From the NCBI RefSeq assembly GCF_000615845.1, contig NZ_BAML01000005.1, positions 52,180-76,179 of the forward strand: a stretch of 24,000 nt of DNA. The letters are read 5' to 3'. Made by a program: the position numbers and the translations under genes. Positions within the stretch are counted from its first letter, which is position 1; the number at the start of each line of letters is the position of its first letter. Origin of the DNA: Ligilactobacillus hayakitensis DSM 18933 = JCM 14209. Its GTDB lineage: Bacteria; Bacillota; Bacilli; Lactobacillales; Lactobacillaceae. This document shows positions 17,379 through 24,000 of this stretch, in pieces. The notes under the pieces were generated by a model. The model ran no database searches, was not told the DNA's origin, and saw only the letters and a program-made list of their open reading frames with translations.

Positions 17379-18311
17379 ATGAAATCATCATCAAAAGTGA
17401 TGACAGGTATAATTTTAGCTGCTATAGCGTCAACAGTTTGGGGAATTTCAGGAACAACAGTTCAATTTATTTCTCAAAATCAAAACATTCCAGCACCTTG
17501 GTACCTATCAACGCGTACGATTATTGCAGGAACAATTTTATTAATTATAAGTTTGATTTTATATGGAAAGAAAACATTTGATATTTTTAAGTCAGTAAAA
17601 GATACTATGCATTTACTTTTATATGCAGTCTTCGGTTTAATGGCTAATTTACTTACATTTTATATGGCTATTCAAACAGGAAATGCATCTGCAGCAACAG
17701 TTTTACAATATTTAAGTCCATTGTTTATTGTTTTGGGCGGAATTTTTATCAAGAAGCAAAAGCCTTTATCTTCAGATATGATTGCGTTTATCGTTGCGAT
17801 GTTAGGTGTATTTTTATCTATTACAAAAGGTGATTTTACTCAATTATCTATTCCAATGGAATCGTTATTATGGGGAATTGGATCTGGGATTACGGCTGCT
17901 TTTTATGTTGTTTTACCAAAGCCAATTGCAAATGATTATCCACCAATGGTAATTTTAGGATGGGGAACCTTTATTTCAGGAATTTTATTTAATTTAAATA
18001 ATCCTGTATGGGTTGGTACTCCTAAAATTACGGGAACATTGGTTGCTTCGATTGCGACAGTAATCGTTTTAGGGACAATTATTCCGTTCGGATTGCTCCT
18101 TTATAGTTCTAGATATGCTCCATCTGATGTTATTAGTATTATGGATGCATTACAACCTGTTGTGACAGCTATTTTGAGTGTTGTTTTCTTGGGCCTAAAA
18201 TTAGAATTTATTGAAATTTTAGGTATTATCTTAGTAATTATTGCAATTTACGTCTTACAAAGAGGAAGAACAAACGCCGAAAAAGTTGAACAAGTTAAGA
18301 TAGATAAATAA
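17379..18311 (+). CDS. DMT-superfamily transporter (EamA family, 10 TM)
   Basis: The 310-aa protein has two EamA-like halves of about five TM segments each (e.g. ILAAIASTVWGISGT...; LLWGIGSGITAAFYVV...). GGAGG lies 7 nt upstream of the ATG, and a TATAAT lies at about 17344-17349. Confidence 0.8.
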   Translation: MKSSSKVMTGIILAAIASTVWGISGTTVQFISQNQNIPAPWYLSTRTIIAGTILLIISLILYGKKTFDIFKSVKDTMHLLLYAVFGLMANLLTFYMAIQTGNASAATVLQYLSPLFIVLGGIFIKKQKPLSSDMIAFIVAMLGVFLSITKGDFTQLSIPMESLLWGIGSGITAAFYVVLPKPIANDYPPMVILGWGTFISGILFNLNNPVWVGTPKITGTLVASIATVIVLGTIIPFGLLLYSSRYAPSDVISIMDALQPVVTAILSVVFLGLKLEFIEILGIILVIIAIYVLQRGRTNAEKVEQVKIDK

Positions 18312-18320
18312 TCTAATATT

Positions 18321-18351
18321 AAGCATAACTATCTTGGTTATGCTTTTTTTA
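18321..18351 (+). terminator. rho-independent terminator after the EamA gene
   Basis: The hairpin aagcataac / gttatgctt is followed by ttttttt. Confidence 0.8.
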
Positions 18352-18408
18352 TTTGTTCAAAATCATGTTATAATTAAAGATATATTTATTAAATAAGGAG
18401 AATAACAA

Positions 18409-19263
18409 ATGGCAATTATTCAATGGTTTCCAGGTCATATGGCTAAAGCTTTAAGACAGGTTAAAGAAAATTTAAAGGCTGTTGATGTGGTTTTAGAATT
18501 AGTTGATGCTAGACTACCAGAATCATCACGTAACCCACAATTAGAAGAATTATTACAAGATAAATTAAGCATTATTGTACTAACAAAAATGGATTTAGCA
18601 GATCCCAAAGCAACTAAAGAATGGATTGAATACTATGAAAGTATGGGTCAACCAGCTGTTGCAGTAAATAGTAATGCTGGGAATTTAAAAATCATTGAAA
18701 AGAAAATTAAAGAAGTTTTGCAAGATAAACTCGAAGCCCGTAAGCAAAAAGGTATTCTAAATACTAAGATGAGAGCAATGTGTATCGGAATTCCTAATGT
18801 TGGGAAATCAACACTATTAAATCGTTTAGTTAAGAAAAACGTTGCTCAAACAGGAAATAAACCAGGGGTTACTAAATCACAACAGTGGTTAAAGGCAGGA
18901 AAAGAATTGCAATTATTAGATACACCTGGTATTCTATGGCCTAAATTTGAAGATCCATTAGTGGGAAAGAAATTAGCGTTAACTGGGGCAATTAAAGATA
19001 CTCTTTACAATAAAGATGATGTTGCTTTGTACGCGATTGAACATTTTGTTCATCATAACAAAGAAGCTTTAAAAGAACGTTATCGCCTTTCAGAAGAGCA
19101 AGTTGATGATACGTCGGTAGAAGTATTACTTTCAATTACTAAGAATATGGGCTTCAAAGATGATTATGATCGCGCTAGTGAGCGCTTAATTTTTGAAATT
19201 CGTAAGAGTAAATTAGGTCGTTACACATTAGATGATGTTCCTAAAGATCCAACTGAAGTTTAA
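18409..19263 (+). CDS. rbgA: Ribosome biogenesis GTPase A (YlqF/RbgA), circularly permuted GTPase
   Basis: The N-terminus is WFPGHMAKA. The motif order is permuted: LTKMDL (G4) comes before GIPNVGKSTLLNRL (G1) and DTPGILWP (G3). The 284-aa product has AAGGAG upstream. Confidence 0.93.
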   Translation: MAIIQWFPGHMAKALRQVKENLKAVDVVLELVDARLPESSRNPQLEELLQDKLSIIVLTKMDLADPKATKEWIEYYESMGQPAVAVNSNAGNLKIIEKKIKEVLQDKLEARKQKGILNTKMRAMCIGIPNVGKSTLLNRLVKKNVAQTGNKPGVTKSQQWLKAGKELQLLDTPGILWPKFEDPLVGKKLALTGAIKDTLYNKDDVALYAIEHFVHHNKEALKERYRLSEEQVDDTSVEVLLSITKNMGFKDDYDRASERLIFEIRKSKLGRYTLDDVPKDPTEV

Positions 19264-19276
19264 TAGGTGATGAATT

Positions 19277-20038
19277 TTGGAAAAGTTAACAATTGCAGAT
19301 GTAAAGACGCTTTTGAAAAATGGTGTTACCAGCAAACAATTAGAAGAACTAAAAAAAGATACGCGTAAGGGCGTTCAAATAGCTATTACTTCTTATGAGA
19401 AACGTTTGGCGAAAATAGAACAACAAAAATCAGATTTCAAAAAAAGACTAGAAATAGAAAATGACTATTGGCAAAATGGAATTGAATATGTCGCAGGTGT
19501 CGATGAGGTGGGAAGAGGACCACTGGCCGGACCCGTTGTTAGTGCAGCGGTTGTTTTACCACATGATTTTGATTTATATGAAGTCAATGATTCTAAACAA
19601 TTATCAGAAAAAACAAGAGAAAGATTATATCGAAAAATATTAGAAAAAGCTGTATCAGTAGGTATTGGGATTACTGACAATCATCAAATAGATGAAGTAA
19701 ATATTTATCAAGCATCCCGCGTTGCAATGAAAAATGCAATTTTAAATTTAAATGTAACGCCTCAAAGAATCATTGTTGATGCAATGGATATTGATGTTCC
19801 GATTCAACAATTAAAATTAATCAAAGGTGATGCAAAGAGTGCTTCAGTTTCAGCCGCAAGCATTGTTGCAAAAGTTGTTCGGGATCATTTAATGGAATTT
19901 TACGATAAAATATATCCAGGATATGATTTTAAAAGTAATGCAGGATACGGGACAAAGAAGCATTTGACGGGATTAGAAGAAAAAGGTCTTACTCCGATTC
20001 ATCGTAAGACTTTTGAGCCAGTGCGAAAATTAATTTAA
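19277..20038 (+). CDS. rnhB: Ribonuclease HII
   Basis: The product has GVDEVGRGPLAGPVV (catalytic DE), NDSKQLS, DA...KGD and SAASIVAKV. The start is a TTG at 19277, preceded by AGGTGA with a 6-nt spacer. The adjacent ATG is out of frame. Confidence 0.92.
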   Translation: MEKLTIADVKTLLKNGVTSKQLEELKKDTRKGVQIAITSYEKRLAKIEQQKSDFKKRLEIENDYWQNGIEYVAGVDEVGRGPLAGPVVSAAVVLPHDFDLYEVNDSKQLSEKTRERLYRKILEKAVSVGIGITDNHQIDEVNIYQASRVAMKNAILNLNVTPQRIIVDAMDIDVPIQQLKLIKGDAKSASVSAASIVAKVVRDHLMEFYDKIYPGYDFKSNAGYGTKKHLTGLEEKGLTPIHRKTFEPVRKLI

Positions 20039-20093
20039 AAAAACTTATTTTACGTATTTTATTATTTAGAATATTGTAAAGAGAGGTTTTTTT

Positions 20094-20975
20094 ATGGAAT
20101 TAAGAGATTTCTTAATAAGAACACATATTTGTTGTCAAAAAATTGGAGGAAATAGTCGAAATATTGCTGACTTTTTAATGAAATGCCAGCGCTTTCCAAA
20201 ATTAGGTGAACTAGAAGAATTACTATCATTGAAAAAAGTTAGTTTTGATGATTATATAGAATATTTTTTGAAAGATGAACTAACAGATGAAATTGAGCGT
20301 AATAAAAAATATAGTAAGATTAAAACAATTTTAGATGATGATTATCCAGCGTTATTAAAAGAAATTTCTGATGGTCCGGCAGTATTTTTTTATTTAGGTG
20401 ACTATTCATTAATTCAAAATCCCAGTCTAGCAGTTGTTGGAGCAAGAAATAATACAATTTATTCTAAAAAAGTAATCGACAAGTTATTACCCGCAATTTG
20501 TACTGCTGAAATTGTTACCGTTAGCGGCTTGGCTCATGGAGTGGATCATATTGTTCATGAAACAGCGCTTGAACTTCAAGGAAAAACCATTGGAATTATC
20601 GGAACCGGTTTAAATATAGCATATCCTAAGAAAAATACATTGCTTCAAGAACAAGTCGCACATGACGGATTATTGATTTCAGAATATTGCTTAGATCAAA
20701 AACCATTAGCATTTCATTTTCCACATAGGAATCGAATTATTGCAGGGATTTCTAACGCGACTTTAGTTGTAGAAGCAAAGAAAAAGAGTGGAAGTTTAAT
20801 CACTGCTAATTTGGCGCTTCAATATAATCGCGATGTTTATGCTGTTCCAGGAAATATCGATTCACCGTTATCAGATGGATGTAACGAATTGATTCAAGCT
20901 GGAGCTAAGGCAATTGTGGATGCTAGTGACATATTAGAAGAATACATAAGTGCATCCCTAATAAAAATAAAATAA
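20094..20975 (+). CDS. dprA: DNA processing protein DprA (Smf)
   Basis: The DprA Rossmann-like core is present: LAVVGARNNTIYSKK, VSGLAHGVDHIVHETAL, GIIGTGLNIAYPKKN, FPHRNRIIAG, VVEAKKKSGSLITA and AVPGNI. The conserved rnhB-dprA-topA order supports the call. Confidence 0.92.
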   Translation: MELRDFLIRTHICCQKIGGNSRNIADFLMKCQRFPKLGELEELLSLKKVSFDDYIEYFLKDELTDEIERNKKYSKIKTILDDDYPALLKEISDGPAVFFYLGDYSLIQNPSLAVVGARNNTIYSKKVIDKLLPAICTAEIVTVSGLAHGVDHIVHETALELQGKTIGIIGTGLNIAYPKKNTLLQEQVAHDGLLISEYCLDQKPLAFHFPHRNRIIAGISNATLVVEAKKKSGSLITANLALQYNRDVYAVPGNIDSPLSDGCNELIQAGAKAIVDASDILEEYISASLIKIK

Positions 20976-21373
20976 TTATTATGTAATGCTTTAAACTTCG
21001 CTATAGATGTAGATATTTTCTCATTTGTAGTGAAGTTTTTTAATATAGATCCAAATAAAGCACTAGTTATATGGTCGGATATTATTTTACTATAAAACTA
21101 TAGTATTTCTTTTATTTTAGGAAAAATAAGGTCATATTGCGAATTATAATTAAAGATTATGGGAAATAATAAAACGTCTGTACGGAAAGAATTTAGTTAT
21201 CAAATGAAATAAATAGAAAAAAATTTAAGAATTAAAAATAGTAACAACACTGGTTTTATGATATTATAATGAAGAAACTGGTTAACAATTAGAATAACTT
21301 GATAATAAAGTTGTTTTAATGTTACTCTAAAACATATTTAATGAAATTCTGTTTAATAAAGGAGTTGGGGTAT

Positions 21374-23488
21374 GTGCCTACTACTCAAACAAAGAAAAAA
21401 ACTACAGTTAAGAAGACTACCAAACGTCGAAAAAAATTAGTAATTGTAGAATCACCCTCGAAGGCAAAAACAATTGAAAAATATCTAGGATCGACCTATA
21501 AGGTTATGGCAAGTTTAGGTCATATCAGAGATTTGCCTAGAAGTTCGATGGGAATTGACGTTGAAAATAATTATGAGCCACACTACATTTCGATTCGTGG
21601 AAAAGGCCCAGTAATTAAAGAATTGAAAAAAGAAGCCAAAAAAGCTAGTCATGTATATCTTGCAGCCGATCCGGATAGAGAAGGTGAGGCAATTGCTTGG
21701 CATCTCTCTTACTTATTAGGGTTAGATCCAAAAGGAAAGAACCGAGTTGTATTTAACGAAATTACAAAAGACGCAGTTAAGAATGCTTTTAAAAATCCAC
21801 GTGAAATTGATATGAATCTTGTCGATGCACAACAAGCACGACGGGTACTTGATAGATTAGTTGGTTATTCAATTTCACCACTTTTATGGGCAAAAATAAA
21901 AAAAGGTCTTTCTGCTGGACGTGTGCAATCAATCGCGTTGAACCTTATTATTCAACGTGAAAAGGAAATCAGAAATTTCGAACCTGAAGAGTATTGGACG
22001 ATTGATTCCCAATTCAAAAAGGGAAGAAGTAAATTTGATGCCGATTTTTGGGGAGTGGATGGAAAGAAAAAAGATCTTCCAAATGAAAAGGCTGTGCAAG
22101 AAGTTCTTAGTAAAATCGATTCAAAGAAAAAATTTGATGTAACTGACGTTGCAAGAAAAGAACGTAAAAGAACTGCTCCGTTACCTTTTACAACATCAAC
22201 AATGCAACAGGTAGCTAACAATAGTTTGAAATTTAGAACACAAAAAACTATGATGGTTGCGCAACAATTGTATGAAGGAATTAATATTGGTAGAAGTGGA
22301 TCAGTCGGTTTGATTACTTATATGCGTACTGATTCAACACGTATTTCTAATGTTGCAAAACATGAAGCGGCACTATTTTTACATGAAAATTATGGTGCAG
22401 AATATGCGGCAAGTAAGCCAAGACAAGGAAAACTTTCTGAAAATGCACAAGATGCTCACGAAGCTATTAGACCTTCTTCAGTTGAACGTACACCGGAAAA
22501 AATGGCTAAGTATCTCGACAAAGATCAATTAAAATTGTATACATTAATTTGGTCAAGATTCGTTGCTAGTCAAATGACACCAGCGGTTTATGATACTATG
22601 CGGGTTAGTTTGACTCAAAATGGTATTGAATATCGTGCGCGTGGGTCTAAGCTAAAATTCCCAGGTTTTACTGCTATCTATAAAGAAACTACAAATAAAG
22701 ACAATATTCTTCCAGATTTAGAAGTTGGAGATCAAGTTGATATGGTGAAAAATCAACCAAATCAACACTTTACACTGCCTCCAGCACGCTATACTGAAGC
22801 AACGTTAATTAGAACGTTAGAAGAAAATGGAGTTGGTCGCCCTTCAACTTATGCGCCAACGTTGAATACTATTCAAAAACGTTACTATGTAAAATTAGCA
22901 GCACGTAAATTTGAACCAACAGAATTAGGGGAAATTGTTAATACAATGATTGAAGAATGTTTCCCTGATATCTTGAACGTTGACTTTACTGCACAACTAG
23001 AAGATCAACTTGACAGTATTGAAGATGGAAAAGAACAATGGATTCGAGTAATCGACGAATTTTATCAACCATTTTCAAAAGAAGTTCAAAACGCTGAAGT
23101 CAAATTAGATAAAGTGAAAATTAAGGACGAACCGGCAGGAATTGACTGTGAAGTCTGTGGGGCACCAATGGTAATTAAGCTTGGTCGTTACGGTAAATTC
23201 TATGCATGTAGTCGTTTCCCTGATTGCCGAAATACAAAGGCAATTGTCAAAGAAATTGGAGTTACTTGTCCAGATTGTAAACAAGGTCAAATTATTGAAC
23301 GTAAATCAAAACGTAATCGAACATTTTATGGGTGCTCACGCTATCCGGATTGCGAATTTGTATCTTGGGATAAGCCAGTAGGACGTGATTGTCCAAAATG
23401 TAAGCATTTCTTAATTGAAAAGAAAACCAAGAAAGGTTTACAGGTAAAATGTAGCAATTGCGATTATACAGAAGCAATTCAAAAATAA
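21374..23488 (+). CDS. topA: DNA topoisomerase I (type IA) with three C-terminal C4 zinc ribbons
   Basis: The Toprim domain reads [18 protein letters not shown] ... [12 protein letters not shown], and the active-site Tyr context is [10 protein letters not shown]. Three CxxC...CxxC modules follow (CEVCG...CSRFPDC, CPDCK...CSRYPDC, CPKCK...CSNC). I prefer the GTG at 21374, 9 nt downstream of AAAGGAG (21358-21364). The track ATG at 21341 has no SD and would add [11 protein letters not shown]. Confidence 0.93.
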   Translation: MPTTQTKKKTTVKKTTKRRKKLVIVESPSKAKTIEKYLGSTYKVMASLGHIRDLPRSSMGIDVENNYEPHYISIRGKGPVIKELKKEAKKASHVYLAADPDREGEAIAWHLSYLLGLDPKGKNRVVFNEITKDAVKNAFKNPREIDMNLVDAQQARRVLDRLVGYSISPLLWAKIKKGLSAGRVQSIALNLIIQREKEIRNFEPEEYWTIDSQFKKGRSKFDADFWGVDGKKKDLPNEKAVQEVLSKIDSKKKFDVTDVARKERKRTAPLPFTTSTMQQVANNSLKFRTQKTMMVAQQLYEGINIGRSGSVGLITYMRTDSTRISNVAKHEAALFLHENYGAEYAASKPRQGKLSENAQDAHEAIRPSSVERTPEKMAKYLDKDQLKLYTLIWSRFVASQMTPAVYDTMRVSLTQNGIEYRARGSKLKFPGFTAIYKETTNKDNILPDLEVGDQVDMVKNQPNQHFTLPPARYTEATLIRTLEENGVGRPSTYAPTLNTIQKRYYVKLAARKFEPTELGEIVNTMIEECFPDILNVDFTAQLEDQLDSIEDGKEQWIRVIDEFYQPFSKEVQNAEVKLDKVKIKDEPAGIDCEVCGAPMVIKLGRYGKFYACSRFPDCRNTKAIVKEIGVTCPDCKQGQIIERKSKRNRTFYGCSRYPDCEFVSWDKPVGRDCPKCKHFLIEKKTKKGLQVKCSNCDYTEAIQK

Positions 23489-23504
23489 ATTTAGGAGATT
23501 TTAG

Positions 23505-24000
23505 ATGGAAAAATATGTAAATGTTATTGGTGCAGGTTTAGCTGGGAGTGAAGCTGCATTTCAAATTGCTAATCAAGGTGTTAAGGTGAAGCTATATGAA
23601 ATGCGACCAGCAAAACAAACACCAGCTCACCATACAAAAAATTTTGCGGAATTAGTATGTACTAATTCATTGCGTGCAGATAGATTAACTAATGCTGCTG
23701 GATTATTAAAAGCAGAAATGAGAAAGTTTGATTCAATTATTATGCGCGCTGCTGACGCTCACTCTGTTCCTGCAGGTGGGGCTTTGGCTGTTGATAGAGA
23801 TACTTTTTCTGCAGCAATAACAAAAGAACTTGAAAATCACCCCAATATTGAAATCGTTAAAGAAGAAGTAAATGAATTACCTGAAGGGATTACAGTTGTT
23901 GCAACAGGTCCTTTAACTGCTGATAACTTAGCTAAGTCAATTACAGATTTTACTGGAAATGATGGGTTATACTTCTTTGACGCAGCTGCTCCAATTCTTG
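23505..24000 (+). CDS. trmFO: Methylenetetrahydrofolate--tRNA-(uracil54-C5)-methyltransferase TrmFO (Gid), N-terminal part; 3' end lies outside the window
   Basis: This gene is not in the ORF track because no stop falls in the window. Manual translation from the ATG at 23505 (TAGGAG upstream) gives [58 protein letters not shown]...[12 protein letters not shown], which carries the FAD-binding GxGxxG motif and TrmFO-specific motifs. The conserved topA-trmFO order supports the call. Confidence 0.9.
   Translation, partial: MEKYVNVIGAGLAGSEAAFQIANQGVKVKLYEMRPAKQTPAHHTKNFAELVCTNSLRADRLTNAAGLLKAEMRKFDSIIMRAADAHSVPAGGALAVDRDTFSAAITKELENHPNIEIVKEEVNELPEGITVVATGPLTADNLAKSITDFTGNDGLYFFDAAAPIL

Noticed and set aside
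17351-17581. A 76-aa ORF overlapping the start of the EamA transporter gene.
   Set aside because: It is out of frame with the SD-supported EamA start at 17379. It has no SD of its own, and its Asn/Ser/Ile/Phe-rich sequence is typical of an off-frame read.
21159-21212. A 17-codon ORF (MGNNKTSVRKEFSYQMK) in the dprA-topA spacer.
   Set aside because: It has no Shine-Dalgarno sequence (the upstream sequence is ataattaaagatt), and ORFs this short are expected by chance.
2754-23477. Remaining short ORFs of 60-89 aa embedded in or antisense to called genes: 2754..2963, 7414..7596, 8263..8472, 11134..11316, 12206..12388, 13075..13260, 15222..15440, 15963..16202, 16238..16429, 19461..19643, 19465..19680, and the seven inside topA.
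   Set aside because: Each is nested within a gene that has strong motif support in a different frame or on the other strand. None has an SD or promoter context.
1-24000. A scan of the whole window for CRISPR repeats, IS elements, transposases, integrases, phage genes, tRNA/rRNA genes, long direct or inverted repeats, and toxin-antitoxin or defence-like gene pairs.
   Set aside because: I found none by eye. All large ORFs are accounted for by conserved housekeeping families or by the two orphan ORFs. The only strong inverted repeats are intrinsic terminators. I therefore do not claim a novel system in this window.

Overview
This is an AT-rich chromosomal core region of a low-GC Firmicute. Gene content and order (pepN, an M42 peptidase, FMN riboswitch-ribU, mntH, ypmR/ypmS/yozE-like genes, ypbB-recQ, cmk-rpsA-der, rbgA-rnhB-dprA-topA-trmFO) look like Lactobacillaceae; that assignment is inference from content only. 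I call 23 protein-coding loci, two truncated by the window edges: the ABC-F ATPase at the 5' end and trmFO at the 3' end. The ORF track misses trmFO entirely and shows only the part of the ABC-F gene after an internal Met. I also call one FMN riboswitch and six clear rho-independent terminators. I see no tRNA or rRNA genes, CRISPR array, transposase, integrase, phage genes or long repeats. I do not find a convincing novel multi-gene system; the window is mostly ordinary housekeeping DNA. Five things merit a second look. (1) Two genes are interrupted by frameshifts on either side of one divergent promoter region: an Nramp/MntH Mn transporter with an apparent 2-nt deletion in the TM1 motif, and a RecQ/RecS-like helicase with a 1-nt loss in a GGGGCCC tract inside the conserved WGxDFRP motif. 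(2) A stand-alone 99-aa ORF with no family I recognise sits between der and an EamA transporter. (3) A Cys-rich polytopic membrane ORF has no family I recognise. (4) An unusually long ORF-free AT-rich spacer (about 400 nt) lies between dprA and topA. (5) folA overlaps the stop of the ABC-F gene, with no adjacent thyA. Several ORF-track starts look too long (ribU, the SGNH hydrolase, der, topA, pepN), and I give the start best supported by a Shine-Dalgarno sequence.
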